The notes below the pieces were generated by a model. It searched no databases and was not told where the DNA came from. It saw only the letters and a list, made by a program, of their open reading frames with translations. Shown piece by piece: positions 8,874 through 18,762 of a DNA stretch of 64,000 nucleotides. A program made the position numbers and the translations under genes. This DNA comes from Candidatus Falkowbacteria bacterium. GTDB taxonomy: Bacteria > Patescibacteriota > Patescibacteriia > Patescibacteriales > UBA12465. How positions within the stretch are numbered: position 1 is the stretch's first letter; every line of letters starts with the position of its first letter. Location: NCBI GenBank assembly GCA_016432645.1, contig CP066698.1, positions 517,062 to 581,061 on the forward strand, written 5' to 3'.

Positions 8874-9536
8874 TTATTGGAGCCCCTTAACTTCCTGCCA
8901 AAATCTTTTAAAATAAGCGACCATAAAATTATGCCGCTCTTTAGCAATTTTTTTTCCTGTTTTAGTTAAAATTTTATTCTTGATGTTTTTTAATTTGAAT
9001 TCATATTCCATAATGGCCGTATCATCAACAGTATAAGAATAATCTTTTTTTGATTTGACAAGCTCTTTTTCATTTCCAGTATACAAGGCGTGTTGCAAAT
9101 AACCGGCAAAAAGAAAGGAGCGGCTGATACCGACGGCCCCGATTGAATCTAATTTATCGGCATCAAATAAAACTTTAGCTTCAATAGTTTTGGGAATATT
9201 TTGATTCCGATACCGATGGCTAATAATACAATGAAGGATATTATCGATTGATTTTTGATCTATCTGATATCTATTAAGAATCTTAGCCGCAAGCTCCGCC
9301 CCTTTTTCCGCGTGGCAAAATTTTCCTCGACTCTTCATTTCTTCCTTGCGACCGATATCATGCAATAAGGCCGCGACGGTTAAAACCGCTAAATCCGCTT
9401 TTTCCCGCTTACCAATACGCGAAGCTAAATTAAACACCCGCTCCACATGAGACCAATCATGACAGCCGCTGGCACCAACAAAAAACTTCTTAGCCTCAAT
9501 TTCTATCTGTTTAATTATTTCTTTACTGATTTTCAT
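8874..9536 (-). CDS. HD-domain phosphohydrolase
   Basis: HDWSHVERV, LLHDIG, HRY, DADKLD. Confidence 0.88.
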   Translation of the reverse strand: MKISKEIIKQIEIEAKKFFVGASGCHDWSHVERVFNLASRIGKREKADLAVLTVAALLHDIGRKEEMKSRGKFCHAEKGAELAAKILNRYQIDQKSIDNILHCIISHRYRNQNIPKTIEAKVLFDADKLDSIGAVGISRSFLFAGYLQHALYTGNEKELVKSKKDYSYTVDDTAIMEYEFKLKNIKNKILTKTGKKIAKERHNFMVAYFKRFWQEVKGLQ

Positions 9537-9599
9537 ATAAATAATATAAGGGAATTACCTAAAATAAACTTTATTCCATTATAACATATATTGATGGCT

Positions 9600-9768
9600 G
9601 CGGGGATTCGGTCACGGTCGCTAAGTCTCGCTTCCTCGCTTCGCTCGTCGCTCACTAAGCGCCCCGACCCGGCCTCGCCCGTGCACAAGTGCACATAGGC
9701 TCCGGCATTCGAATTCCCTTTCCTATTTTCTGCAAACAAAAAACCCAAAGCAATTTGGGTTTTTTGTT
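9600..9768 (-). repeat. Small GC-rich palindromic element 3' of tRNA-Ser(GCT), bounded by an 11-nt copy of the tRNA T-arm
   Basis: gcggggattcg at 9600-9610 and 9779-9789; nested palindromes; terminator hairpin at 9734-9768. Confidence 0.5.
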
Positions 9769-9861
9769 TGGCGGAGAGGCGGGGATTCGAACCCCGGATA
9801 GAAGTTAGACTCCTATAACAGGTTAGCAACCTGCCGCTTTCGACCGCTCAGCCACCTCTCC
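9769..9861 (-). tRNA. tRNA-Ser(GCT)
   Basis: GGAGAGG acceptor, gcagg-TT-GCT-AA-cctgt anticodon arm, long variable arm, encoded CCA. Confidence 0.95.
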
Positions 9862-9906
9862 ATAAATATTCAATTGTTGTCCCGCTCTCTAATTAACTTT
9901 AGTAAG

Positions 9907-9937
9907 TGCCACTTTCGACCGCTCAGCCACCTCTCCA
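9907..9937 (-). repeat. Direct repeat of the tRNA-Ser(GCT) 5' end
   Basis: 30/31 identity to 9832-9862. Confidence 0.85.
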
Positions 9938-10001
9938 ATTGTTTTTAATTCTATGGTATAATCACTATATAAAATATACAAACCCTTGTCAAACAAAAAA
10001 T

Positions 10002-10520
10002 ATGGCCGAAAATAACTTAAAATCTCTAAAATGGCAAGTACCGGAATATCATACTCCGGAGAGAAGTAAATCGTGGTATATCATCGCATTTTCTTTCATT
10101 GCCATCAGTTTATTTTTTTGTTTTTTTACCATTTCCAATTGGCGCTTAGAATTTCTGGGCTATAATGGTAACTTCCTATTTGCCCTAATTTTAATCATGG
10201 CCGCCATTATTACCCTAATTAACGAGAGTCGGCCGCCATTAATCGTAGACGTAGAAATCGGTCCTGAGGGGGTAAAAATTGGCGCTAAATTTTTTGACTA
10301 CGATGAAATTAAAAATTTTTCCGTCCTCTACAAACCTAAACAAAGCGTTAAAAGCATGTATCTGGAATTTAAGAATTCTATGCGTCCGCGTTTAGCCATT
10401 CCCCTGCGCCGCATGGACGCCCTAACCGTTCGCAATTATTTAGTAAGATATTTAGATGAAGATTTAGAGCGAACCAACCCGCCGCTATCCGAACAGTTGA
10501 CTAAACTGCTAAAATTATAA
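10002..10520 (+). CDS. Conserved hypothetical membrane protein (2 TM plus PH-like domain)
   Basis: WQVPEY...RSKSWY motif, two TM segments; ATG at 10002 preferred. Confidence 0.6.
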   Translation: MAENNLKSLKWQVPEYHTPERSKSWYIIAFSFIAISLFFCFFTISNWRLEFLGYNGNFLFALILIMAAIITLINESRPPLIVDVEIGPEGVKIGAKFFDYDEIKNFSVLYKPKQSVKSMYLEFKNSMRPRLAIPLRRMDALTVRNYLVRYLDEDLERTNPPLSEQLTKLLKL

Positions 10521-10541
10521 TAAGATAGGAGCAGTTTTAAG

Positions 10542-10616
10542 GCACTCATCGTTCAACGGATAGGACGCGAGCTTGCGGAGCTTGAAATCCAGGTTCGATT
10601 CCTGGTGGGTGCACCA
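10542..10616 (+). tRNA. tRNA-Arg(GCG)
   Basis: GCACTCA/TGGGTGC acceptor, cgagc-TT-GCG-GA-gcttg anticodon arm, GGTTCGATTCC, encoded CCA. Confidence 0.93.
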
Positions 10617-10632
10617 ATAGGGATTAATTGTC

Positions 10633-12669
10633 ATGATTAATTTATCCTCAAAAATATCCGATTTGTCCCGCGTTGGGAAGGTCGGAGCCAAACTTCTAAA
10701 AAAGCTCGGTCTGGAGAATATCCAAGACCTGCTTTTTTATTTACCTTTTCGTTATGACGATTTTAGCCTAATTTCTAAAATTGGCGATTTACAAGTTGGG
10801 CAAACAACTAATGTCCGCGGGGAGATTCAATTGATTCAAAACAAGCGCAGCTTCAAAAGAAAAATAAATATCACCGAAGCGCTAGTCAGTGACGAAACTG
10901 ATTCTCTAAAAATTATTTGGTTCAATCAGCCCTTCCTAACTAAAAATCTTAAACCCGGAGACTTAGTATCTTTAGCCGGGCGCGTTTCCGAAAGCCAAGG
11001 CCAATTGACCATGATTTCACCGCAATATGAAAAAGTTTATGGCTCGGACTTAGTTCATACTCAAGGCCTAATCCCTAACTATCATTTAACCGAAGGCTTA
11101 ACCCAAAAACAACTGCGTTATTTTATAAAACAAATAATCACGCTCACGGATGCGGTGCCAGAGTGGTTGCCGTTGGATATTATAAAAAAAATTGGACTAA
11201 TTAATTTAGCGGCGGCTCTACAAAAAATTCACTTCCCTAAAAATCAACAAGATATTGAGGTAGCGCGGCGACGTCTCGCATTTTCAGAACTATTTTTACG
11301 CCAATTAAAATCACAAATGATTAAAAAAGAAATTAGCGCCCGCCAAGCGATTTCTATTAAATTTCAAGAAGCGGCCACCAAGAATTTTGTCGGTGGACTG
11401 CCCTTTCAATTAACGGATGACCAGAAAAAAGCCGCTTGGGAAATAATTAAAGATTTAGAAAAAGCGCGGCCGATGAGCCGCTTGCTGGAAGGCGATGTCG
11501 GCAGTGGCAAAACCGTAGTGGCGGCGATGGCGATGTTTAATGTAGTAATTAATAAAAAGAAGGCGGCTTTAATGGCCCCAACGGAAATCTTAGCCGAACA
11601 ACATTTTAACTCTTTAAGCGGTCTATTTAAAAATTCTGATTTCAAAATCGCTCTCTTAACCGGCACCAAAAAAGTTAAAGATGTAAATGAGTTTGATATT
11701 ATTGTCGGTACCCACGCTATTATTCAAAAAAATGTAAATATTGAAAATCTCGCCCTAGCTATTGTGGACGAACAGCACCGCTTCGGCGTTAACCAGCGCC
11801 AACAAATAATAGATTTCAATAAAAAAGATAATTCGGTGCCTCATTTCTTGTCATTAACCGCCACCCCGATTCCCCGCTCGCTAGCGCTCGCTATTTATGG
11901 CGATTTAGATTTATCAATCATCAAGGCTCTGCCAAAAAATCGCAAACCGATAATTACTAAATTGGTAAAAGAAGCTGAACGGAAAAAAGCATATAGCTTT
12001 ATCGGGGAGCAAATAAAATCCGGCCGCCAAATTTTTGTCATTTGTCCGCTGATAGACGAATCAGATAATTTAGAAACTAAATCTGTTAAGGCCGAGCAAA
12101 AAAGATTGGCTGAAGATATTTTTCCGGAATTTAAAGTCGGCTTACTGCACGGCAAAATGAAGGCCGCAGACAAGGACGCAACCATGAAAAAGTTCTTAAA
12201 TAAAGAAATTAATATTTTAGTTTCTACTTCCGTCATTGAAGTCGGAATTGATGTTCCCAACGCCTCAGTTATTATAATTGAAGGCGCGGAGCGTTTTGGT
12301 TTAGCCCAACTCCATCAATTTAGGGGGCGCGTCGGCCGCAGTGAACATCAATCATACTGTTTACTCTTCCCCTCAAAAGAAGAAAACAACAGCGACAAGA
12401 CAATGGACCGGCTGAGCGCTCTAGAAAAATATCATGACGGTTTTATGCTAGCGAAAATTGATTTGAAAATGCGGGGTGCCGGAGAAATTTACGGAGCAAC
12501 ACAAAGTGGCTTCCCAGAATTACAAATTGCCTCCTTATTTGACTATGAACTGATTAAAAAATCTTCTGAAGAGGCGGCAGAAATAATTAAAATTGATCCG
12601 GATTTAAAAAAACATCCGCTCCTGCGCGAGAAGCTCGGCGAATGGGAAATGAAGATACATTTAGAATAA
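10633..12669 (+). CDS. recG: ATP-dependent DNA helicase RecG
   Basis: GDVGSGKT, DEQHRFG, TATPIPR, QLHQFRGRVGR. Confidence 0.97.
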   Translation: MINLSSKISDLSRVGKVGAKLLKKLGLENIQDLLFYLPFRYDDFSLISKIGDLQVGQTTNVRGEIQLIQNKRSFKRKINITEALVSDETDSLKIIWFNQPFLTKNLKPGDLVSLAGRVSESQGQLTMISPQYEKVYGSDLVHTQGLIPNYHLTEGLTQKQLRYFIKQIITLTDAVPEWLPLDIIKKIGLINLAAALQKIHFPKNQQDIEVARRRLAFSELFLRQLKSQMIKKEISARQAISIKFQEAATKNFVGGLPFQLTDDQKKAAWEIIKDLEKARPMSRLLEGDVGSGKTVVAAMAMFNVVINKKKAALMAPTEILAEQHFNSLSGLFKNSDFKIALLTGTKKVKDVNEFDIIVGTHAIIQKNVNIENLALAIVDEQHRFGVNQRQQIIDFNKKDNSVPHFLSLTATPIPRSLALAIYGDLDLSIIKALPKNRKPIITKLVKEAERKKAYSFIGEQIKSGRQIFVICPLIDESDNLETKSVKAEQKRLAEDIFPEFKVGLLHGKMKAADKDATMKKFLNKEINILVSTSVIEVGIDVPNASVIIIEGAERFGLAQLHQFRGRVGRSEHQSYCLLFPSKEENNSDKTMDRLSALEKYHDGFMLAKIDLKMRGAGEIYGATQSGFPELQIASLFDYELIKKSSEEAAEIIKIDPDLKKHPLLREKLGEWEMKIHLE

Positions 12670-12692
12670 TTAAGAAACCTAATTTGGATAAG

Positions 12693-12723
12693 AAAAAAAG
12701 CATCTTTTGAGGGATGCTTTTTT
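12693..12723. terminator. Bidirectional intrinsic terminator
   Basis: aaaaaaagcatc...gatgctttttt between convergent genes. Confidence 0.75.
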
Positions 12724-12740
12724 GTAAGACTTTTATAGTC

Positions 12741-13106
12741 TTACTGAGCTTTTGGTTCGGCCGAATTGGTTTGGTTGTGATGCTTCTCTTTATAGACAAA
12801 CATCCAAACTGTAGTAATGGTTATAAATAACCATACAAGAGCCAATACGGGACAAGCCACGGAAAAATCTCGGAGCCAGTCTACCATACTACCTTCATCA
12901 GCCTTAAACCCAGAGACAAAAAATGCGCCGCCGGCAATAACTATCCAGGCAAAACCAAGGAAACCTATTATCCAATACGTTATCAGCGCAGTGCCAAAAA
13001 CTTTTTCCACGGTTGGGTGGTCCAAAATAGCTCTTACGAGACCTTTAAAGGCTTTTTTTAACTTCAACATTTTCTTAGAAATACGAGACAATTCTGATGA
13101 TTTCAT
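12741..13106 (-). CDS. Hypothetical membrane protein
   Basis: Two TM segments; ATG at 13106 lies downstream of a consensus promoter. Confidence 0.5.
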   Translation of the reverse strand: MKSSELSRISKKMLKLKKAFKGLVRAILDHPTVEKVFGTALITYWIIGFLGFAWIVIAGGAFFVSGFKADEGSMVDWLRDFSVACPVLALVWLFITITTVWMFVYKEKHHNQTNSAEPKAQ

Positions 13107-13146
13107 TTGATATGATTTTAAAGTGAATTTCAAAGTACTAAAAAGC

Positions 13147-13175
13147 ATTATAGCACACTTTTAAACTATTGTCAA
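13147..13175 (-). promoter_or_regulatory. Sigma70 promoter
   Basis: TTGACA-17-TATAAT perfect consensus on the minus strand. Confidence 0.75.
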
Positions 13176-13292
13176 TACTAAAGAAATGTGGTGCTTTTTA
13201 AGGCCAAAATTAGCCTTACTTGACAATTAGCGTTTTGTGTAGTATGATGGTTTTATCTTTTTAAACTTTCATTAACAATAAAAACTCAAAAA

Positions 13293-13595
13293 ATGAGCAA
13301 AGACACGATTGTAGCCGCAATTAATGGCGGTAATGGTAAAAAAGTACAAGGAGTAGTTAGTGGATTCAAGACCACTGATGGGAAAAATGTATTTGTGGAG
13401 TTTACTGAGCAAAAAAGTAGCTCCCCTCAAGATGTACATTTTGACAAAGTCCAGTGGCCTCACCACAAAGCGGCAACAGCCGCACAAACACAAAAAACAA
13501 AAACCCTGGACTCCTGGCGTCCAACCAATGGCATTAACAGTGCCGAACAACTGCTCCATCAGGACGAAGTCGCCGAATTTTTTCCCGCCGACTAA
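13293..13595 (+). CDS. Hypothetical protein
   Basis: 100-aa ORF with upstream TTGACA promoter-like sequence and a downstream terminator. Confidence 0.5.
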   Translation: MSKDTIVAAINGGNGKKVQGVVSGFKTTDGKNVFVEFTEQKSSSPQDVHFDKVQWPHHKAATAAQTQKTKTLDSWRPTNGINSAEQLLHQDEVAEFFPAD

Positions 13596-13615
13596 AAGCC
13601 AAAAACAAACAAAAC

Positions 13616-13651
13616 AAAAAAGCGAATCAGCTCAAGATTCGCTTTTCTTTT
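13616..13651. terminator. Bidirectional intrinsic terminator
   Basis: aaaagcgaatc/gattcgctttt. Confidence 0.75.
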
Positions 13652-13669
13652 TGCCTAATCAATTTTAAA

Positions 13670-15016
13670 TTATTTTATAAATTCCAATAATTCATCCAAA
13701 TTTTTAATCTTTATTAATTTTAATTTTCCGGCTTTAACATCGGCATTAGGAACCAGGGCGGCTTTAAATCCTAAACGCTCTGCTTCTTTTAATCTTTCTT
13801 CCAAGCGGAAAATATTGCGCACTTCCCCGCCTAAGCCGACTTCTCCCAAAACAATCGTATCGCGCTTAAATGGTTTGTTTAAATAAGATGACATAATCGC
13901 CGCGACGGCTGCTAAATCTAAAGCCGGATCGGCAATCCGCAATCCGCCGGCCACATTTAAAATTATATCTTGAGCAAGTAAATTTACTTTAGTGCGTTTA
14001 GAAATCACCGCACCTAAAACTTGCAAACGATTCAAATCAAAGCCGCTGGCCTTGCGTTGCGGATAACCAAAAGCGGTCTTAGAAACTAAAGCTTGTAAAT
14101 CAATCATGAAAGGGCGCGTCCCCTCAATCACGCAGCCCAAAACCGAACCGGAAATATCGCCACTCTCCGTTTCAATAAAAACCGCGCCGGGATTTTTGAC
14201 TTCTTTAAATCCCAAACCAGTCATCTCCAATACCCCTAATTCATTAACGGAACCGAATCTATTTTTAGTAGAGCGTAATAAAGAATAATTATGACTCGTT
14301 TCCGCTTCTAAAGATAAAACGGTATCAACGATATGTTCTAAAGATTTCGGACCGGCAATCTGGCCGTCTTTGGTAATATGGCCAATCAATAGAACGGCGA
14401 TATCATTTTCTTTGGCGAGCTCCAAAAATTTAACGGCGGTTGCGCGAATCTGGCTGATACCGCCGGCTTCAGAAATCACCTGATTGGAATAAACTGTCTG
14501 GATAGAATCAACGATTAAAATATCGGGCTTAGCGTTTTTGGCAGCCGCCACAATTTTCTCCACGTTCGTTTCGGAAATGAATTTTAAATTATCCAAATTA
14601 CAATTCAATCTATCCAAACGGCTTTTCACTTGCGCCGCCGATTCTTCGCCGCTCGCGTAAATAACCGCTAATTTACTTACTGGTCCACCGGCAATCTGGG
14701 CGACTAAAGTTGACTTGCCAATTCCTGGTTCGCCGCTTAATAAAACTAGCGACCCGGGAACTAAACCGCCACCCAAAACCCTATCTACCTCCTCTAAACC
14801 GGTCGATAAACGTTTTAGAGTGCCGGCTTTAATTGTTCGCAAATCCAAAACGTTGGCCGCGCCCGCTTTCTTAGCTTCGGCAGCTTTTTCTTGATGGCTG
14901 TCAACAACTTGCTCGCTCAAGGTTCCCCAGGCGCCACATTCCAAACAACGCCCGTTCCATTTCGGAAACTGGGCGTCGCAATTTGCACAAATAAAGATTG
15001 ATTTGATGGCGGGCAT
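13670..15016 (-). CDS. radA: DNA repair protein RadA/Sms
   Basis: C4 Zn finger, GEPGIGKST, KNRFG, Lon-like C-terminus. Confidence 0.97.
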   Translation of the reverse strand: MPAIKSIFICANCDAQFPKWNGRCLECGAWGTLSEQVVDSHQEKAAEAKKAGAANVLDLRTIKAGTLKRLSTGLEEVDRVLGGGLVPGSLVLLSGEPGIGKSTLVAQIAGGPVSKLAVIYASGEESAAQVKSRLDRLNCNLDNLKFISETNVEKIVAAAKNAKPDILIVDSIQTVYSNQVISEAGGISQIRATAVKFLELAKENDIAVLLIGHITKDGQIAGPKSLEHIVDTVLSLEAETSHNYSLLRSTKNRFGSVNELGVLEMTGLGFKEVKNPGAVFIETESGDISGSVLGCVIEGTRPFMIDLQALVSKTAFGYPQRKASGFDLNRLQVLGAVISKRTKVNLLAQDIILNVAGGLRIADPALDLAAVAAIMSSYLNKPFKRDTIVLGEVGLGGEVRNIFRLEERLKEAERLGFKAALVPNADVKAGKLKLIKIKNLDELLEFIK

Positions 15017-15055
15017 AATTCTATTATTACATATTCTACCTAAACTGCGGTTAAA

Positions 15056-15691
15056 TTATTTTTTGCTTTGCCAGACCGCTTTATCAACCAGCCATTCGCC
15101 GTTAACTTTCTTTAAAGAAATGGCGATATCTTGATTAAAGGCGCTGCTTTCTGAACCCTCGCCGATGCTTTCGCGGCGGGCGGTAGAAATGGTAATTTGG
15201 GCGGTACCGGCTTTTTCGTCATAAGCCGAAGCTTTGCCGGTAATGGCCGTGGTCGTAATTCCATAATAAGCATCACCGTCTTTAGCGGCCGCTCTTAGAC
15301 CGGCGACATATTCATCAGCCCAAGTTTTCATACTACTGGTCATAAAAATCTGCAAATCGGAAAAGTTGCTAAAGTTAGAATAGTTAGAATAGGAACCGAA
15401 TCTTTCCGCAAAGGCTTCCGCAATTTTTACCAAATCAGCTTCACCTGATTTATAAGAACCAGCTTGGCTTAAATCATATTGCTGATAATTACGAGGTTTG
15501 TCGCCAGGGGTAGTTGTCGGGGTAACCTCGCCATCAGGTAAATTATTAATGACGGCTGGAGTCTCATTATTAATTGGAGTTACTGTCGGCTCGTCAGCCC
15601 CGTAAAAAAAACTAAAATAAATAACTAGGCCCAAGAGGATAAGCCCTAAAATAATGATAAATACTCCTAAAGATTTACGATTTGTTTGCAT
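15056..15691 (-). CDS. Bitopic membrane protein with NTF2/VirB8-like C-terminal fold (tentative)
   Basis: N-terminal TM, FAERFGSYSN, C-terminal GEWLVDKA; directly downstream of the VirB4-like gene. Confidence 0.5.
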   Translation of the reverse strand: MQTNRKSLGVFIIILGLILLGLVIYFSFFYGADEPTVTPINNETPAVINNLPDGEVTPTTTPGDKPRNYQQYDLSQAGSYKSGEADLVKIAEAFAERFGSYSNYSNFSNFSDLQIFMTSSMKTWADEYVAGLRAAAKDGDAYYGITTTAITGKASAYDEKAGTAQITISTARRESIGEGSESSAFNQDIAISLKKVNGEWLVDKAVWQSKK

Positions 15692-15735
15692 ATTTTTAAA
15701 ATTTATTGTTGAAACTCATTATTGCTTTAAAAATT

Positions 15736-17640
15736 TTAAACTTGAACGCCTTCTTGTTCCTGCTGGCTTTCGTCAAATTCTTTTTTAGCTTCTTCCAGCT
15801 CTAGCAGCTGGCGCGGATCAGAGGTAATCAACTGATCTTCCGTATAAGAAGCGACGACTTTCATGGCCACATGCTTATTGCCGGCAAAGAAAATCCCCTC
15901 CCCAATTCCGCATTCCAATAATAGATAGCGCTCGCCTTCGGTTAAAATAAAAGTTTTCTGAATTAAATCAATAGCGGCCGGCGATTGCTTTAATAAAATT
16001 TGCAAAGAAGAATTATTAACAATCGCTTGTCCATAAGGAGAAGTTAAAAAGTCATTCACGTCCTGAGTAATAGTAGTCACTCCCAAATAATATTTACGGC
16101 AACGCTTAACGAGTGCAAAAATAAATTTAGCTGAGTCTTCATGTTGCATCATCCACCAGGCTTCGTCAATTACCAAAACCCGCTTTTTCATTTCACTCCG
16201 AACAACATTCCAAATATAATTGACAATAGTGTAAATGGCCATCGGGCGCAATTCATCTTCCAAATCGCGCACCGAAAAACAAACCAACTGATTATTCATC
16301 TCAACATTGGTTGGGGCATTCAATAGCCCGGCAAAAGTGCCCTGGGTATACTTCCGCAAACGTAAAGCTAATTCATTTCCACCTTCCATGCCATCCAAAA
16401 CTTGCTCCAAATCAGACATTACCGGCGGTTCTATCTTAGACAAATCAGAATCTGGAGTAATATCTTTTTTGGCATAAGTTTCCAATAAGGCCCGGTCAAC
16501 AATTGAATCTTCGTCATAGCTTAAATTGCCAAGCATCAAACGCACTAAACCTTTGAGCGTAATGACGGCGCTACGGATAATATCTTTAGGGCGCGCTTCG
16601 CCGCCGATAGAACGCGGCAAATCAAAAGGATTGATTTTATTTTCGCTGGCGAGCGAAATATTAATATAAGTGCCGCCGACTGCTTCGGCTAAATGCTTGT
16701 ATTCATACTCCGGGTCAATAACAATCACTTCAGTGCCTAACATCAAGGAGCGCAAAATCTCCAATTTGATGGCGTAACTTTTACCGGCGCCGGAGGTCGC
16801 AAACACTACTGAATTGGCATTTTGCAGAGAAAAGCGGTCAAATAAAATCAAACTATTATTATGGCGGTTGATGCCATAAAGAATGCCGCGGTCGCTGGTA
16901 AGTTCACTGGAGATAAAAGGAAAAGACGAGGCAATAGGCGATGAATTCATGTTAAAAGCGATATAAAGCTCATCGTTACCGAGCGGCAAAGTGGAATTAA
17001 AGCCTTGTTCCGCCTGATAATAAACCCGGCGGGAATAAACCAAGCGCGACCCAAAAATATCTTCCACTTGATCGGAGACTCTATCTAAATCTTCGAGATT
17101 ATCGGCATAAATTGTAACATACAAGGCAAATTGAAAAAACTTCTCCGTTCCCTGAGTAAGTGCGTCTCGCAAATATTCAATATCGCGCAAAGCGGTTTCA
17201 CGCAGCGGATCGCGAGCGGCGCCTTTTTCGGCATCGGAAATAATCTGGGCTTCCAAAGCACCGACTTTATTCTTTAATTGTTTTAAAATAATGGCGCTGT
17301 TAACCGGATAAAAGAACATGGAAATATCAAAAGTCAGGTTAAGATTAATAATCGGCGCAAACCAACCGATGGAAATATAGCGCGGATAGCTAATGACAAA
17401 AATAGTGCGCAAAAATTTATCGCCCAGATAAAGATGATTCGGATTAACCTTAAGGCTGGCCGGCGCAATAATATCTTTAACGGATAAAACGCCGCGCCGA
17501 AAAGCCTTTTCTTCTTCAATCACTTCCCTAGTTAAAACCGGGTCCGCTTCAATTTCCGGCGCCGACGGTTTTTGGCTGAGAGTAATCGGCGTCTGCATGG
17601 TTATTTTTTCGCCCTTTTCTTGTTTATTGAAATTTATCAT
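15736..17640 (-). CDS. VirB4/TraC-like ATPase
   Basis: ATSGAGKS, VIDPEYEY, INPFD, IDEAW, RKYY, TQDVNDF. Confidence 0.88.
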   Translation of the reverse strand: MINFNKQEKGEKITMQTPITLSQKPSAPEIEADPVLTREVIEEEKAFRRGVLSVKDIIAPASLKVNPNHLYLGDKFLRTIFVISYPRYISIGWFAPIINLNLTFDISMFFYPVNSAIILKQLKNKVGALEAQIISDAEKGAARDPLRETALRDIEYLRDALTQGTEKFFQFALYVTIYADNLEDLDRVSDQVEDIFGSRLVYSRRVYYQAEQGFNSTLPLGNDELYIAFNMNSSPIASSFPFISSELTSDRGILYGINRHNNSLILFDRFSLQNANSVVFATSGAGKSYAIKLEILRSLMLGTEVIVIDPEYEYKHLAEAVGGTYINISLASENKINPFDLPRSIGGEARPKDIIRSAVITLKGLVRLMLGNLSYDEDSIVDRALLETYAKKDITPDSDLSKIEPPVMSDLEQVLDGMEGGNELALRLRKYTQGTFAGLLNAPTNVEMNNQLVCFSVRDLEDELRPMAIYTIVNYIWNVVRSEMKKRVLVIDEAWWMMQHEDSAKFIFALVKRCRKYYLGVTTITQDVNDFLTSPYGQAIVNNSSLQILLKQSPAAIDLIQKTFILTEGERYLLLECGIGEGIFFAGNKHVAMKVVASYTEDQLITSDPRQLLELEEAKKEFDESQQEQEGVQV

Positions 17641-17653
17641 ATAGCCGCTAGCA

Positions 17654-18367
17654 TTATTCCAATTTTAATTTATCAATATCCGTCAACTGCTGATTTTTGG
17701 AGGTCTCCGGATTATATGTCTTATAAAAAAGCTCAATTAAACTTTGAGTATCCAGACGCGCCACCGAAACGCCCATTGACTCCAATCCGCCAACCACGCT
17801 ATCTAAGCGGCGGTCAAGCATTTCTTGATAACGCGCGAAAGTCTTCTCTTTTAATTTAATAACCGTAGCCGGCCGGAGCGCTTCTTTAAGCGAACTGAAA
17901 AATCCTTTGCGCTTATCGGTCAGCGGATCATAAGGGACGGTTACTAAAAACCGCTTGCTCATAATGCGCCCCAAAGAAGTTAATTCTTTAATATACTGGA
18001 TATAGTCGGCGGTCTGCAATTTTAATAATTTATTAGTCTGCTCTTTTTCCTTGTCCTTCAAATATTCCAGATAATTATCAATATCCAACTCGCGCGATTG
18101 AATGACAATCTGCATGGAAAAATTAAGATTATTTAAAAACCGGACATAGGAACTGATAACCGCATTTTGTTCATCTTCGCTCTTTAAAGCGAAGTTGATA
18201 CTGGACACCAATAAAACGGCCCGTAAAGTGCCATCTTTCATCACCACGGTATTATCTTTAATCTCAGCAATATCCAGATATTGCTGGGTTGAGGCGCTAA
18301 CTTTGCTTCCGGACATTTGATTGGCCATAAAATTATTGTTCGCCTTTATATCGTCCTTGGGTATCAA
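17654..18367 (-). CDS. TraC/VirB4 N-terminal-like accessory protein
   Basis: SINFALKSEDEQ motif; located between PrgI-like and VirB4-like genes. Confidence 0.65.
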   Translation of the reverse strand: MIPKDDIKANNNFMANQMSGSKVSASTQQYLDIAEIKDNTVVMKDGTLRAVLLVSSINFALKSEDEQNAVISSYVRFLNNLNFSMQIVIQSRELDIDNYLEYLKDKEKEQTNKLLKLQTADYIQYIKELTSLGRIMSKRFLVTVPYDPLTDKRKGFFSSLKEALRPATVIKLKEKTFARYQEMLDRRLDSVVGGLESMGVSVARLDTQSLIELFYKTYNPETSKNQQLTDIDKLKLE

Positions 18368-18755
18368 CTATCAAGGCGACTTCCGCTAAACGTGATTTTT
18401 TATAATATTCTTTCGGCGCCGGTTTGGCTACGGTCGGGCTGATGTCAATTTGCCTTTCCTGAACTTCCATCACCGCGCTATTATTCCAAATCCTTAAACG
18501 AGGGCGGCGAATCGTTTGAATCGCATTCAAAATAAACAGATGGAAGGGGCGGCCATTTACTTTAATAAAGGCAAACATCCCCGCTACAATCACGATTATT
18601 ACCGCAATCGTAATAAACAGTGAAAAATCAAACAAACGATAACAAACACCGATAAGCACGGCCGCGACTAAAAAGATAACGAACTGGCGGGTAGTAATCG
18701 GCCCGATAATCTTGCTTTCAACATCAATAAATTGGGGAACGGTAAATTGCTGCAT
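18333..18755 (-). CDS. PrgI family protein
   Basis: VPQFIDVESKIIGPITTRQF, two TM segments, NGRPF. Confidence 0.8.
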   Translation of the reverse strand: MQQFTVPQFIDVESKIIGPITTRQFVIFLVAAVLIGVCYRLFDFSLFITIAVIIVIVAGMFAFIKVNGRPFHLFILNAIQTIRRPRLRIWNNSAVMEVQERQIDISPTVAKPAPKEYYKKSRLAEVALIVDTQGRYKGEQ

Positions 18756-18762
18756 ACTAAAC

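Noticed and set aside
9533..9829. 98-aa minus-strand ORF
   Set aside because: Overlaps tRNA-Ser(GCT), a terminator and the palindromic element
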